From assembly GCA_963731265.1 (NCBI GenBank), contig CAVSUE010000001.1, positions 416,001 through 480,000 on the forward strand: a DNA stretch of 64,000 nucleotides, written 5' to 3'. A model generated the notes under the pieces. That model was not told where the DNA came from, made no database searches, and worked only from the letters and a program-made list of their open reading frames with translations. The position numbers and the translations under genes are program-made. How positions within the stretch are numbered: the first letter of the stretch is position 1; every line of letters starts with the position of its first letter. Shown here piece after piece: positions 18,754 to 29,313 of this stretch. The DNA comes from an uncultured Verrucomicrobiae bacterium. GTDB lineage: Bacteria > Chlamydiota > Chlamydiia > Chlamydiales > Rhabdochlamydiaceae.

Positions 18754-20253
18754 TTACCGTTTTAAAGCGCGTTCTTTTTCTTGGAAAATGACTGCGAGAA
18801 AAAAACTTAGAGTTAAAAAAAGGCAGAGCGATGAAAAAGAAATGGCTTTAGTGCGCAGCGAAAAATCGAGGAGGGCCGGAGGATTGGAGACGAATTTCAA
18901 GATCGCGGATGTCCAGCCGTTATTGAGTTGATGAAGCACATCGCTTGCAAAGGGGAGGCAAGGAGATAAAACCAAAGCGGCGAAGAGAAAAAACATGGAT
19001 AGAGAAGCGCACACGGGAAAAAAGAGATTGTAAGCAATGCTCAACAACGGAAATTTATGAAAAAAGAAAAGGACGACGGGAATGGAAACGCAATGAACGG
19101 CCAGATTTACAGCGAGAGCTTTCCGTAAAACCGCCGAGAGCAAATAGCCATGCCGATCGAGGCTTGGCATTTCTTCCAATTCTTTGTAGGAACGTTCTGG
19201 GAGCAAGAAACACATGGCATGATGCATTAACGGATAAAATAGGAAAATGGCAAGCGTGCAAAGGAATGTGAGTTGGAAGCTGAGTTGTATGACGGCAAGA
19301 GGATGAAAAATCATTTCGATGAGCAACCCTGCGCCCAGGGCGTTCAGCCCCGAGATGCGTCTGGAAAGGAGCTGCCCAATGGCTACAAGGGAAATCGCAA
19401 TGTAGGCTCGCTGGATAGACGGGGCATTTCCCAAGAAAAGATAATAACCCGTGATGGCGATAAGAAGAAGAGTTGCGCTAGTCCGATATGAAAAAAAAAG
19501 GCGAAAGATGAAGTTAAAGAATAAAGCGGCCAAAGCAAAATGAAAGCCGGAGATGGCGAGAATGTGCTGAAGTCCGATTTTTCCAAACTCCAAACTTAAA
19601 AGCCGCTCGTCAATGTCGCCGGTTGCAAGGGCATTGAGAAACGTTCGTGCATGGGAATCTTCAATCTTTGCTTTTAAATATTTGGAGAACCTCTTTTTTG
19701 TATCGAATCTCCACTGGGATAAATTAAGAGGAGAATCTGTTACGGCAGTCCAGTTCCAGTTTTTTCGCGGCTTTAAAACAAAATGGTAGTCTCCTTTTTG
19801 GCAAAGGACGCCTTGAATTGCGTAGTCAGTGTTTGCGGGGGGATGCTTGCCGTACAATGGAAGGTAGAGGTGGCAGGGGAGATTAGCGTACACTTTTCCT
19901 TCTGCATCAAACCTCCTCAAGGTTCCTTTGTAAAGCATGGAACGGTTGAAAGGAGAAGATTGTATTTTGACTTGATCGACGTGGAAAATGCCTGCTCCTG
20001 AAATTTTTTCCTGGGGAAGGAGGGTTTTGGGGCAGCGATAGGAGGTAACGAAAAAAGCGGAGAGAAAACCAATCAGTGCCCATGCCCAAACTTTTCGTTT
20101 AGACGAAAGAGTCAACAAAACGAAGCTTAAGAACAAAAACCAGTGAGTATAAAAGCTTGCTGCTGCGCCGAGAAAAACACAGAGTCCAAAGAAAAGGGCA
20201 GGGTTCCTTTCCCAAAACCAGTGAAAATTACTTTTTGGAAACATCTTGGTCAA
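18754..20253 (-). CDS. comEC: ComEC/Rec2 family competence membrane protein
   Basis: GLQHILAISGFHF, PSIQRA, SFQLTF, multiple TMs. Confidence 0.88.
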   Translation of the reverse strand: MTKMFPKSNFHWFWERNPALFFGLCVFLGAAASFYTHWFLFLSFVLLTLSSKRKVWAWALIGFLSAFFVTSYRCPKTLLPQEKISGAGIFHVDQVKIQSSPFNRSMLYKGTLRRFDAEGKVYANLPCHLYLPLYGKHPPANTDYAIQGVLCQKGDYHFVLKPRKNWNWTAVTDSPLNLSQWRFDTKKRFSKYLKAKIEDSHARTFLNALATGDIDERLLSLEFGKIGLQHILAISGFHFALAALFFNFIFRLFFSYRTSATLLLIAITGYYLFLGNAPSIQRAYIAISLVAIGQLLSRRISGLNALGAGLLIEMIFHPLAVIQLSFQLTFLCTLAIFLFYPLMHHAMCFLLPERSYKELEEMPSLDRHGYLLSAVLRKALAVNLAVHCVSIPVVLFFFHKFPLLSIAYNLFFPVCASLSMFFLFAALVLSPCLPFASDVLHQLNNGWTSAILKFVSNPPALLDFSLRTKAISFSSLCLFLTLSFFLAVIFQEKERALKR

Positions 20254-21493
20254 TTGGTCGAGTGATCAGTCGGACGCCTCTTTCGCCAGTGAACATGGTT
20301 GCGGCCCATTCGAACATCACGCCTAATCGGTTTCGGAATCCAATGAGGTACATAATATGCACAAAGGCCCAGATGAGCCAGGCAAAAAAGCCGCTGAGTT
20401 GGAGTTTGCCGATCACAGCAATCGCTTTTGCTTTACCAATCGTTGCCAGGCTCCCTTTATCAAAGTAGACAAAAGGTTGCCGCTTGTCTTTAGGGGTGGC
20501 ATTTTTGATGAACTTGGCGGCATAACGGCCTTGCTGGACGGCAACTTGAGCGACTCCCGGTAGGGGCTTTCCGTCTTTGCCGATCGAATGCGCTGCATCG
20601 CCGACTACGAAGATTTCCGGATGATCGGGGATGGTTAAATCGGGGCCGACAATGACTCGTCCTGCACGGTCGAGTGGAACGTCGAGTGTTTTGAGCATCG
20701 GGGAGACCTGATTTCCGGCTGCCCAAATGATGTTCTTCGATGCGATGAACGCATCTTCTGTCTTCACCCCTGATTCATTAATCTCGATCACTTTTTTGTT
20801 TGTGACCACTTTAACGCCCATCCGTTCTAAAGCTATCCGCGCTTTTTCCGCAAGATGGTTCGGATACATGGGAAGAATTTGAGGGAGGGCTTCGAGGAGA
20901 TAGATCTTCGCTTCTTCCGGTTTTATTCTGCGGAAATTTTTGAACATCGTCTTGTTGGCGATTTCGGCAATGGCCCCGGCCATTTCAACTCCTGTTGGTC
21001 CGCCGCCGATGATGACAAAATTTAAATACTTCGCTGCCTCGTCCATGCTGTCATGACGTTCGGCTTTCTCAAAAGAGATGAGAATCTGCTCGCGGATATT
21101 TAGAGCGTCTCTGATTGTCTTCAAACCAGGAGCAAAAAATTCCCAATCCCCATGTCCAAAATAAGAATGGCGGATCCCTATGCTCAAGATGAGAAAATCG
21201 TATCCGTGGACATCTCCATTAGAAAGAGTGATCTGTTTGAGTGTTTTGTCGATTTTGACAACTTCGCCCATGACCACGGCTGTATTTTCTTGATGTCTCA
21301 GAATTTCACGAAGAGGGGTCGCAATTTGTCCGGGAGAAAGGGCGGCTGTCGCCACCTCATAAAGCAGGGGCTGGAAAAGATGATGATTGGTCTTATCGAT
21401 GAGAAGTACATTCAGCTTAGCGTGATTCAAAGCCTTTGCGGCAGTCAACCCAGCAAACCCTCCTCCGATGATGACAACTTTCGTATACGCCAT
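20228..21493 (-). CDS. ndh: Type II NADH dehydrogenase
   Basis: VVIIGGGFAGL, FQPLLYEVAT, GGGPTGVEMAG, IWAAG, AQVAVQQG, DKGSLATIG. Confidence 0.92.
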   Translation of the reverse strand: MAYTKVVIIGGGFAGLTAAKALNHAKLNVLLIDKTNHHLFQPLLYEVATAALSPGQIATPLREILRHQENTAVVMGEVVKIDKTLKQITLSNGDVHGYDFLILSIGIRHSYFGHGDWEFFAPGLKTIRDALNIREQILISFEKAERHDSMDEAAKYLNFVIIGGGPTGVEMAGAIAEIANKTMFKNFRRIKPEEAKIYLLEALPQILPMYPNHLAEKARIALERMGVKVVTNKKVIEINESGVKTEDAFIASKNIIWAAGNQVSPMLKTLDVPLDRAGRVIVGPDLTIPDHPEIFVVGDAAHSIGKDGKPLPGVAQVAVQQGRYAAKFIKNATPKDKRQPFVYFDKGSLATIGKAKAIAVIGKLQLSGFFAWLIWAFVHIMYLIGFRNRLGVMFEWAATMFTGERGVRLITRPIDQDVSKK

Positions 21494-21611
21494 GGCCCTC
21501 TTCCAACTGCGAGCGATTGTCATTTTTTTCCAAACAGGATTAAAAAGCAATTTCTTCTGTGCCGTTCTCAAAAAAGAAAGGAGCTGATAAAGTCAGAGCA
21601 TTAAATATTAA

Positions 21612-21707
21612 AGGCTGTTGTCGAATTAAGCTTCTTCGAGTTTTCGGGATTATTTTGGCCGCTTAAAAAAGTCGAAAATCGACAGAAGTTTAGTTCGACA
21701 ACAGCCT
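21612..21707. mobile_element. Short MITE-like palindromic element
   Basis: 24-bp inverted ends AGGCTGTTGTCGAATTAAGCTTCT / AGAAGTTTAGTTCGACAACAGCCT (2 mismatches). Confidence 0.7.
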
Positions 21708-21725
21708 CTTCGGAGTAACAAATAC

Positions 21726-22052
21726 ATGAATCCACATGTTCTTCGGTTTTATCGCAAGTTTGCCGACGAACAGGCGCCGCTACGTCTCTATCAAGAAGTC
21801 ATTGGATTAAATGAAGCGCTCCATCTTTCCTGGGAAGATCTCTCTAAAAAGGCAGCCTCTTTACCAAAAGGATGGTATGAATTAGCGCGTTGTTTTTTTG
21901 CGCTTTGGTCACCCTTTCCGCAAGCGCGAAAGGTCTATTCCTCGCCAATGGAAAGGAGCGATGTTCAAGGGCGCAGGAATTGGCAGGATAATTCAGCACT
22001 TCCCCCTTATCTGGACTGGCTCGTTTTTTTTCTCGAAAGGATAGGATGGTAA
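21726..22052 (+). CDS. Short form of the conserved chlamydial protein upstream of hprK/ptsH (possibly internally deleted)
   Basis: Syntenic position; LPKGWYELA near the middle and LDWLVFFLE at the C-terminus, only 108 aa. Confidence 0.45.
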   Translation: MNPHVLRFYRKFADEQAPLRLYQEVIGLNEALHLSWEDLSKKAASLPKGWYELARCFFALWSPFPQARKVYSSPMERSDVQGRRNWQDNSALPPYLDWLVFFLERIGW

Positions 22053-23027
22053 ATGTATTTAGTCCAAGAACTGTTTGATAAATATGGCGTGCACCTGGAA
22101 CTGCAATGGATCGCAGGGAAAAAAGGGATAAAACGTCCCATCAAAGTACCCGAAGTCCATCGTCCTGGCCTCCCGCTTTCCGGCTATATGAAAAACTATG
22201 TCAGCCAGCGCATTCTTATTTTTGGAAATGTAGAAACCATCTATTTAAAAGATCTCGGCAAAGAAACACGGATAGAAAGACTGCGCAGCATTCTAACCCC
22301 GCAAACTCCGGCTGTTATCGTCGCCGGGCGTTTTCAGCCTTCCAAGGAATTGATTTGTTTATGCGAGCAGGACGGGATCCCTCTGTTCAAAACAGGTATG
22401 CCGACGATGAATCTGCTCAGCAAGATGACATTGCTTCTCAACGAGGAATTCTCCCCGACGATGACATGCCATGGGACCCTTGTCGAGGCATTTGGCGTGG
22501 GTATTCTCATCCAAGGAGATTCATCGGTAGGCAAAAGCGAGGCTGCTTTAGGATTGATCGAGAGAGGCCATCGGCTCATTTCGGATGATGTGGTTAAAAT
22601 TCGTTTGCGCGATGGGGCGTATTTGGATGGGTCCGGGCCCGAATTGACAAGACACCTCATGGAGATCCGCGGAATTGGAATTATCAATGTGGCCCATCTC
22701 TATGGAGCTGTGTGCGTGCGCGATCACAAAACAGTAGAGTTGATAGTCAAGTTGGAAGAGTGGGACGATCTCAGATTTTACGATCGAATCGGCCTCGATG
22801 AAAAATACTGCGATATCCTGGGTGTTAATGTGCCTTACCACATCCTGCCTGTTAAGCCTGGCCGTGATGTGGTGTTATTGATTGAGACAATTGTTTTAAA
22901 TCATCGGTTAAAAGAAATGGGTTATAATTCTGCCAAGGAATTTAATGCGAAATTGCTTGAGACAATTTCAAAAAAGCAAAACGAAAGGAAGAAAGTCCGT
23001 GAAACTGTCTCGCAAACTAAGAATTAA
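22053..23027 (+). CDS. hprK: HPr kinase/phosphorylase
   Basis: HRPGL, HGTLV, GDSSVGKSE, RGHRLISDD, MEIRGIGIINV, PVKPGRD. Confidence 0.96.
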   Translation: MYLVQELFDKYGVHLELQWIAGKKGIKRPIKVPEVHRPGLPLSGYMKNYVSQRILIFGNVETIYLKDLGKETRIERLRSILTPQTPAVIVAGRFQPSKELICLCEQDGIPLFKTGMPTMNLLSKMTLLLNEEFSPTMTCHGTLVEAFGVGILIQGDSSVGKSEAALGLIERGHRLISDDVVKIRLRDGAYLDGSGPELTRHLMEIRGIGIINVAHLYGAVCVRDHKTVELIVKLEEWDDLRFYDRIGLDEKYCDILGVNVPYHILPVKPGRDVVLLIETIVLNHRLKEMGYNSAKEFNAKLLETISKKQNERKKVRETVSQTKN

Positions 23028-23265
23028 AAATGCTCTTGGATTGCATGCTCGGCCGGCTACGGTGATCGTGAAGCTGCTTCAAGGGACAACATCTCAGGTT
23101 TCTTTTACCTATCGCAAAGAAACGATCAATGCTAGAAGCATTATGAGCATTCTTATGCTCGCCGCAGCCAAAAATTCTCTAATCACAGTCGCTGTCGATG
23201 GAGAAGATGCTGAAGAAACGATGCAAAAAATTGTCGAAGCTTTTGAAACCCAGTTTGGGGAATGA
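22999..23265 (+). CDS. ptsH: Phosphocarrier protein HPr
   Basis: GLHARPA (His15) and NARSIMSILML (Ser46); GTG start. Confidence 0.95.
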   Translation: MKLSRKLRIKNALGLHARPATVIVKLLQGTTSQVSFTYRKETINARSIMSILMLAAAKNSLITVAVDGEDAEETMQKIVEAFETQFGE

Positions 23266-23269
23266 GGGT

Positions 23270-25027
23270 ATGAAGAATCGGGATGAAATTCTGATCCGGG
23301 GTGTTCCAGTCAGCGAAGGGATCGCTATTGGCGTGCCTTTTTTCTTGCTGCCCGCTGAAAAAGAAATTCCGGAATTTCCGATTTCTTTGAAAGAAGTCGA
23401 TGATGAGATTGCCCGTTATCGCAATGCTCTTTTCTCAAGCCGCGAAGATTTGACCCAATTGCGGGATGATCTCGCTATGGAAGCCGCCGATGCGGCCACT
23501 ATCCTTGATTCCCATATTTCCATGTTGGACGATCCTTTGATGACCGTGCATATGGAAGAAAAAATCCGGCAGATGCTCCAGAAGCCCGAGTCTGTTTTCC
23601 ATTCTGTCATGACGGATTATGAGAAGCGGTTTTCACAAACCACGAATCCTTTTTTTCAAGAGCGTCTCGTGGACGTGATGGACCTCGCCAAACGTGTTCT
23701 GGGCCATTTATGCCCTAGTAAGGGACATTCTCTGAACAGCGTTCCTTTTAATTCCATTGTATTTGCCAAAGAATTGATCCCTTCCTACACCGCATCCGCG
23801 GAACAATGCCGTGTCGGAGCATTTGTGACCCAATATGGAGGAGGAAATTCCCATGCTGCACTCATTGCGAGGGCCAAAGGCATTCCCTATGTGGCTTGTG
23901 TGGATGTCGCAGCTCTTCAAGACATCTCTTCCCGCTCTGTCATTGTCGACGGCCAGACAGGCGATATCATCTTCAACCCAGCCCCCGCTACCTTGGAGAA
24001 ATACAAACAGCGCAAAACTTGCCTTAAAACTTCAATGCAGCTCCTTCACAAAGAACTTCAGTACGATGCGGAAACCATCGACGGCTGCGCCATTCAGGTT
24101 TATGCCAACATCGGAAATATCGACGATCTTGATAATATCCAACAGCTGGGAGCAGAGGGCATAGGGCTTTTTCGGACGGAATATCTTTTTTTCCAAAATC
24201 GACAGCTGATCGCCTCGGAAGAAGACCAATATCAGGCGTATTTGAGATTAATCCTCGCTATCAATCCGTTGCCTGCGGTCATCCGCGTCTTCGATGTCGG
24301 AGGAGACAAAATTCCTGAACTTTTTGCGAAAGGAGAGAAGGAGCCCAATCCGGTTCTCGGTTGCCGAGGGATTCGATTTTTACTTCGCCATAAGGAGATC
24401 TTTAAAATTCAACTGCGTGCGATCCTGCGAGCAGCCATTCATGGGGACGTCCGCGTCCTTCTTCCGTTAATTTCGGATGTCCATGAACTGGAAGCTTCTC
24501 AATCGCTCCTCTACGAAGTCGCTCAAGATTTGTTCTCTGAAGGGATTCCATGCAGGCCGGACATTCCCATTGGGTGTATGATTGAAGTGCCTTCGGCTGT
24601 ACTCATCTGCGATGCTCTTGCCAAACGATGCGATTTTCTTTCCATCGGGACAAATGATCTCATCCAATACACTCTCGGCATCGACCGCAGCAATCCGGCG
24701 ATGAGCGATTTCTTCTATCCAGCCCACCCAAGCGTTTTAAGGATGATCAAGATGGTCATTACGGAAGCCAAGCGGTACGGAAAAAGCGTGACCATTTGCG
24801 GAGAGATCGCCTCCAACCCACTTTTTATACCGCTTCTCCTCGGCCTGGGCGTCGACCAGCTTTCCTGTTCTCCCCGTTATATTCCCGTTGTCAAACGCTC
24901 GATTCGGCGAACCAGTTTGATCGCCGCTTATGAACTCGCCGGAAAAATCCTGGCGATTGACACGACAAAAGAAGTCTCACGTGTACTCATGGAAGCTTAC
25001 AATAAGACAAGTTTAAAGACCGATTAA
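23270..25027 (+). CDS. ptsI: PTS enzyme I (PEP-protein phosphotransferase)
   Basis: GGGNSHAALIAR, GIGLFRTE, EPNPVLGCRGIR, MIEVP, SIGTNDLIQY, ICGE. Confidence 0.96.
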   Translation: MKNRDEILIRGVPVSEGIAIGVPFFLLPAEKEIPEFPISLKEVDDEIARYRNALFSSREDLTQLRDDLAMEAADAATILDSHISMLDDPLMTVHMEEKIRQMLQKPESVFHSVMTDYEKRFSQTTNPFFQERLVDVMDLAKRVLGHLCPSKGHSLNSVPFNSIVFAKELIPSYTASAEQCRVGAFVTQYGGGNSHAALIARAKGIPYVACVDVAALQDISSRSVIVDGQTGDIIFNPAPATLEKYKQRKTCLKTSMQLLHKELQYDAETIDGCAIQVYANIGNIDDLDNIQQLGAEGIGLFRTEYLFFQNRQLIASEEDQYQAYLRLILAINPLPAVIRVFDVGGDKIPELFAKGEKEPNPVLGCRGIRFLLRHKEIFKIQLRAILRAAIHGDVRVLLPLISDVHELEASQSLLYEVAQDLFSEGIPCRPDIPIGCMIEVPSAVLICDALAKRCDFLSIGTNDLIQYTLGIDRSNPAMSDFFYPAHPSVLRMIKMVITEAKRYGKSVTICGEIASNPLFIPLLLGLGVDQLSCSPRYIPVVKRSIRRTSLIAAYELAGKILAIDTTKEVSRVLMEAYNKTSLKTD

Positions 25028-25335
25028 AACCCAAAGGGGAGATTCATCCCTGAAGGAAGCGACATCCCTTTTGCTGGATCATCGGAAAGTTTGCTGTAAG
25101 CATCCTCGCAGGCAGCTTTGATGAGGTCTTGAAGGCCTTCGAGGTCGTTTGCGTCGACGCATTCGGGCTTGATTTTGATTTCCAGAAGCTCTTTTTCACC
25201 ATTCAAAACGACAGACACAAGCCCATTTCCCGCACTGCCTGTGACTTGCTTTGACTTCATTTCACTGCGCATCACTTCAAGCTGTTGCTCCATGAGCTTG
25301 GCTTGCTTTTTCATTTTTGAAAATCCACTACCCAT
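25024..25335 (-). CDS. ybaB: Nucleoid-associated protein YbaB/EbfC
   Basis: GSAGNGLVSVVLNG, LEGLQDLIKAA; follows dnaX. Confidence 0.92.
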   Translation of the reverse strand: MGSGFSKMKKQAKLMEQQLEVMRSEMKSKQVTGSAGNGLVSVVLNGEKELLEIKIKPECVDANDLEGLQDLIKAACEDAYSKLSDDPAKGMSLPSGMNLPFGF

Positions 25336-26917
25336 TGAAATTCTCCTTTTTAATGATCCCCTCAAGTTCTACAGAAGCAAAGCGCATCAAAGTATCGTAC
25401 CGGCTTTGAGAAGGGCCTGGTACATTTACAGGTTTTTCTGCTTTGACTTCAGGAATTGGGTGTTCAGTTTGTTTGTTATTATTTGCTACAGACTCCCATT
25501 GAGATTTGGACAACAAAAGGGAGGGTTTTGTTTCCTCAGAAACAGGAGGAGGCGAAGGCTTTTCTACTATCCGCGGAGGGCTCGACTCGATCTTTTCTTT
25601 AATTTTCTTCAGCAAAGCATCTTCCAGAGAAGAGTTATACACATCGTGCTCCGAAGAAGAAATGATGACGGGCTCGATGGGGAGGGACGGAGCTGCATCT
25701 TTCTCGACGGGAATGGGTTTTTCCGGTTGCTCTTTTTCCACTTTCTCCGTCACGACACTCATGCCATCCGTTCCTAATTTTTGTTCCAGCTCCATCAGTC
25801 GTTTGACGAGGGTAGGCAGCGTGATCCTGTGTTTCGAGCGGATGATGTGGACGAGGATCATTTCAAGGCTGACGCGCTTGAAAGGCGTTTTACCGATTTG
25901 CTGCTGCCAATGCATCAAAAATTCGAGGATATAGAGGCACTGCTCTTCCGTGTAAATCCCATGAGAAGAAGCATACTGCTCTCTTAGTTTGGCTGTAGGA
26001 AAAGTGGCAGGACTATGGAGTTTAAGTTTAAGAAGGCAGCGGTAATGCTCGATTAGATTGTCGACAAAGTAGGAAAGATCTTTTCCGAAAGAGAAAATCT
26101 CGTTTGCCAGTTCAAATGCAAAGCTAAGGTTCTGCTCTTCGAAGGCTTTGTCCAAAGCAAAAAAAGCGGTGCGCGGCATGACGCCAAGGGTGGAAGATAC
26201 TTTTGAGGCAGTGATCGGGTGCTCGGCATAGCAGATGATTTGGTCGAGAAGCGACTCGGCGTCGCGCAGAGATCCCTCGGAGAGGTTTGCGATCAAAGAA
26301 AAGACATCTTCCTCGCACTCGACGTTTAAGTCTTGGGCGATCCACGCTAGTTTTTTCTTGAGCTCCTCGGAGGCGATTCGGTTCAAGTCGAAGCGTTGAC
26401 AGCGGCTGATGATGGTGGGGGGCACTTTATGGGGCTCTGTTGTCGCGAAGAAAAACTTTACATTGGGGGGAGGCTCTTCCAACGTTTTTAACAAAGCATT
26501 GAAAGCCTCCTTTGTCAGCATGTGCACTTCGTCGATGATGTAAATTTTATATTTACCTGAAGCGGGGGCATAGCCGATCGTCTCATTGATTTGGCGAATA
26601 TCGTCGATGCCGCGATTGGAAGCTCCATCGATTTCGAGCACGTCCAGCGATCGCCCTGCCATAATATCCAAGCAGGAAGAACAGGTATTGCAAGGTTCAA
26701 AATCCGGAGAGGGGTTTTTACAATTCAGCGCTTTGGCAAAGACGCGGGCCAACGTCGTTTTTCCTGTCCCCCGGCATCCGCAAAAGAGATAAGCGTGTGC
26801 CAACCGATTATAGCGAAGGCCGTTTTTTAATGTGGTGACAATGGCTTCTTGACCGACGACGCTGGTAAATTTCTGCGGCCTGTATTTTCGCGCGATAACT
26901 TGATAATGAGCGGGCAT
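25328..26917 (-). CDS. dnaX: DNA polymerase III subunit gamma/tau
   Basis: ARKYRPQ, GCRGTGKTT, zinc Cys cluster, EIDGAS, IIDEVHML, SRC. Confidence 0.97.
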   Translation of the reverse strand: MPAHYQVIARKYRPQKFTSVVGQEAIVTTLKNGLRYNRLAHAYLFCGCRGTGKTTLARVFAKALNCKNPSPDFEPCNTCSSCLDIMAGRSLDVLEIDGASNRGIDDIRQINETIGYAPASGKYKIYIIDEVHMLTKEAFNALLKTLEEPPPNVKFFFATTEPHKVPPTIISRCQRFDLNRIASEELKKKLAWIAQDLNVECEEDVFSLIANLSEGSLRDAESLLDQIICYAEHPITASKVSSTLGVMPRTAFFALDKAFEEQNLSFAFELANEIFSFGKDLSYFVDNLIEHYRCLLKLKLHSPATFPTAKLREQYASSHGIYTEEQCLYILEFLMHWQQQIGKTPFKRVSLEMILVHIIRSKHRITLPTLVKRLMELEQKLGTDGMSVVTEKVEKEQPEKPIPVEKDAAPSLPIEPVIISSSEHDVYNSSLEDALLKKIKEKIESSPPRIVEKPSPPPVSEETKPSLLLSKSQWESVANNNKQTEHPIPEVKAEKPVNVPGPSQSRYDTLMRFASVELEGIIKKENFNG

Positions 26918-27141
26918 GGAACTTCCATGGGTAAAAATTAATTATACGCTATTTTGGCTTAGAACACAAATCGGAAAAAAGTTGGAAAATTAAAATTTAA
27001 CTTTTGCTATATTAGCTGAAAGATTAGCGTTCACATATTTGAAGCAAAATTTTTTAATTTTTCACTTTTTTCTTGGTATCCAATTCGGGTTTCAAGGCAT
27101 TATCTTTAGGCGAGTTTGGCTATACTGAATGGGCAATAGGA

Positions 27142-29277
27142 ATGCAAGAACAGCACTTTGACGAGAATCGCTCACCGCCTCAAAAAAGACGATGGCAAGA
27201 TTTTCTCGGCGGCAATAACACCCCTCAGCGGTTAGTCCTGATTTTGAGTTTTCTCATCATTCTGACCTGCTTCTTCCAACTACGCGAGGTCCGTCTTGAG
27301 AAACTGGAAATCGGAATACCTTCTCCTCGCTACGTCATCGCCCAGACCGATTTTTCATTTCTCGACGAAGAAGCGACGCAAACGCTTAAACAGGAAGCCG
27401 TCCGCGATATTGGAGCGATTTACAAGATCGATCAAGATCAGTTGAAGAATTTCCGCCACCATTATGAGAGTTCTCTGATCGAAGAGCAGAAATGGCGAAC
27501 AGATTTGCCCGACAGCACCTTTGAAGAAATCTATACATTAATGGAAGGTATAGAAAGTGTGTTGTCCGAGGGAAGATTTACGAACGCGCGCACTCTGAAT
27601 AAAATGAAATTGCTCAAAATCCTTAACCCCGAATTCTTCTTCATTGCATTTTCTGCTTCGCAGAGCGAGCCGACCCTCTTGCCGGAATCCCTTTGGAATG
27701 AAGTGGAAACAAAGTTAGCGGATGAAACGCATTATCATCCACAGACCATGGATTATTTAGTTTCTGCATTTTCCAAGCAAGCGTGGCTGTTGCAGCAGGA
27801 TTATGCTTTAGAGCGAAGCGTCCGCGGCGAGGTGCAAAAAGGGATTCCGGACAGGCATACCCACGTTTATGCGGGAAGCCAAATCATCAAAAAAGGGGAA
27901 ATAGTCACTTCTCGCCATATCGCCATGATCCAGGCGATGAAGACCGCTCTGGACGAAGCCAGAAATCTCTGGAGTCCATTGACTTTGCTTGGAAGCGCGC
28001 TTGTCTCTTTATGCTTGACTGTAGCGGCCATCTTGTACCTCCACTATTTCCATCGCGAGCTCCTGCGGTCGACGCAAAAAATGGTCCTGCTCGTGCTGAT
28101 CATCGTGATGAGCCTTGTTTTAGCCAAATGTATTGAATTTTTGCTTTTGAATGAGAGTAAGAATTTGATGGAAATGGCCCGGCTTCCTCTCATCATTCCG
28201 TTTGCTTCGCTGCTCATTTGCGTGCTGATTGGAGGAGAAATCGCGATGGTAGCCTCTTTCTTCCTATTGATTGTATTTGGCGTGAGCGTGGCCGTCGATC
28301 CTGTCCCTTTCCTGTTGATCAATTTTTTTGCTGCGATCGCCACAATTTTATTCGCGAGGAGGCTGCATAAGCGGAAAGAAGTCTTTGCTGTTTGCGGGAA
28401 GGTGTGGGTCAGCGTCATTCCCCTTATCGTCGCATGGAATTTGATGGACAACAGCCTCAAGAATTATCTTTTTGCCACAGATGTGCTGTGCAGTTGTATT
28501 TTGCTTGCGCTGACGGCAGTCCTCGTCGTGAGTTTGCTCCCCATTTTAGAATCTTTGTTCCATGTCATGACAGATATGACACTGATGGAATACATGGACC
28601 CCGACCACGAACTTCTCCGCCGCCTCAGCTTAGAGGCTCCGGGGACATATCAACATTGTCTTGTGGTAGGAAACATTGCCGAGACGGCTGCACGGTCGAT
28701 TGGGGCAAATGGCCTTTTCTGCCGCGTTTCTACGCTCTATCACGACATCGGCAAACTGTTTAATCCCCACTATTTCACTGAAAATCAACTGGGCGGGTTT
28801 AACATCCATCAGCTGCTGACACCTGCAGAATCTACGCATGTGATCATCGCCCACGTTGCAGAAGGCGAGGCATTGGCCCGTAAATATCATCTCCCGCAAA
28901 GCTTCATCGATATCATTCGCGAGCATCACGGAACGACGATGGTCCACTATTTCTATTGCAAGCAAGTTGAACAGATGGGAGGGGATGCGACCAAAGTCAA
29001 TGAAAAAATCTTCCGCTATGCAGGGCCCAAACCCCGCTCCAAAGAATCAGCTATTATCATGATCGCAGACACGCTAGAAGCAGCATCCCGCTCCATGGAC
29101 GAAGTCACGGAAGAATCTGTCTCAGAAATGGTCGACAAGCTCGTCGCTGAAAAGGCAGAAGATGGCCAATTTGACGAATGTCAGCTCACATTTGAAGAAT
29201 TGGGCCGTGTCAAAAAGGCCATCGTCAAAGCCCTGATGGTCACACGTCATTTACGCGTCAAATACCCCGAGAGATGA
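27142..29277 (+). CDS. 7TM-HD phosphohydrolase (PgpH-like, probable c-di-AMP phosphodiesterase)
   Basis: Extracellular domain, TM bundle, EAPGTYQH, YHDIGK, YFTENQ, EHHGT, IADTLEAASR. Confidence 0.85.
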   Translation: MQEQHFDENRSPPQKRRWQDFLGGNNTPQRLVLILSFLIILTCFFQLREVRLEKLEIGIPSPRYVIAQTDFSFLDEEATQTLKQEAVRDIGAIYKIDQDQLKNFRHHYESSLIEEQKWRTDLPDSTFEEIYTLMEGIESVLSEGRFTNARTLNKMKLLKILNPEFFFIAFSASQSEPTLLPESLWNEVETKLADETHYHPQTMDYLVSAFSKQAWLLQQDYALERSVRGEVQKGIPDRHTHVYAGSQIIKKGEIVTSRHIAMIQAMKTALDEARNLWSPLTLLGSALVSLCLTVAAILYLHYFHRELLRSTQKMVLLVLIIVMSLVLAKCIEFLLLNESKNLMEMARLPLIIPFASLLICVLIGGEIAMVASFFLLIVFGVSVAVDPVPFLLINFFAAIATILFARRLHKRKEVFAVCGKVWVSVIPLIVAWNLMDNSLKNYLFATDVLCSCILLALTAVLVVSLLPILESLFHVMTDMTLMEYMDPDHELLRRLSLEAPGTYQHCLVVGNIAETAARSIGANGLFCRVSTLYHDIGKLFNPHYFTENQLGGFNIHQLLTPAESTHVIIAHVAEGEALARKYHLPQSFIDIIREHHGTTMVHYFYCKQVEQMGGDATKVNEKIFRYAGPKPRSKESAIIMIADTLEAASRSMDEVTEESVSEMVDKLVAEKAEDGQFDECQLTFEELGRVKKAIVKALMVTRHLRVKYPER

Positions 29278-29313
29278 GGGGGTGGGGGAATATCCCCTCA
29301 CGGGGATAAAAAT

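Noticed and set aside
29292..29309. TATCCCC-TCAC-GGGGATA hairpin as an intrinsic terminator
   Set aside because: No U-tract follows it on either strand
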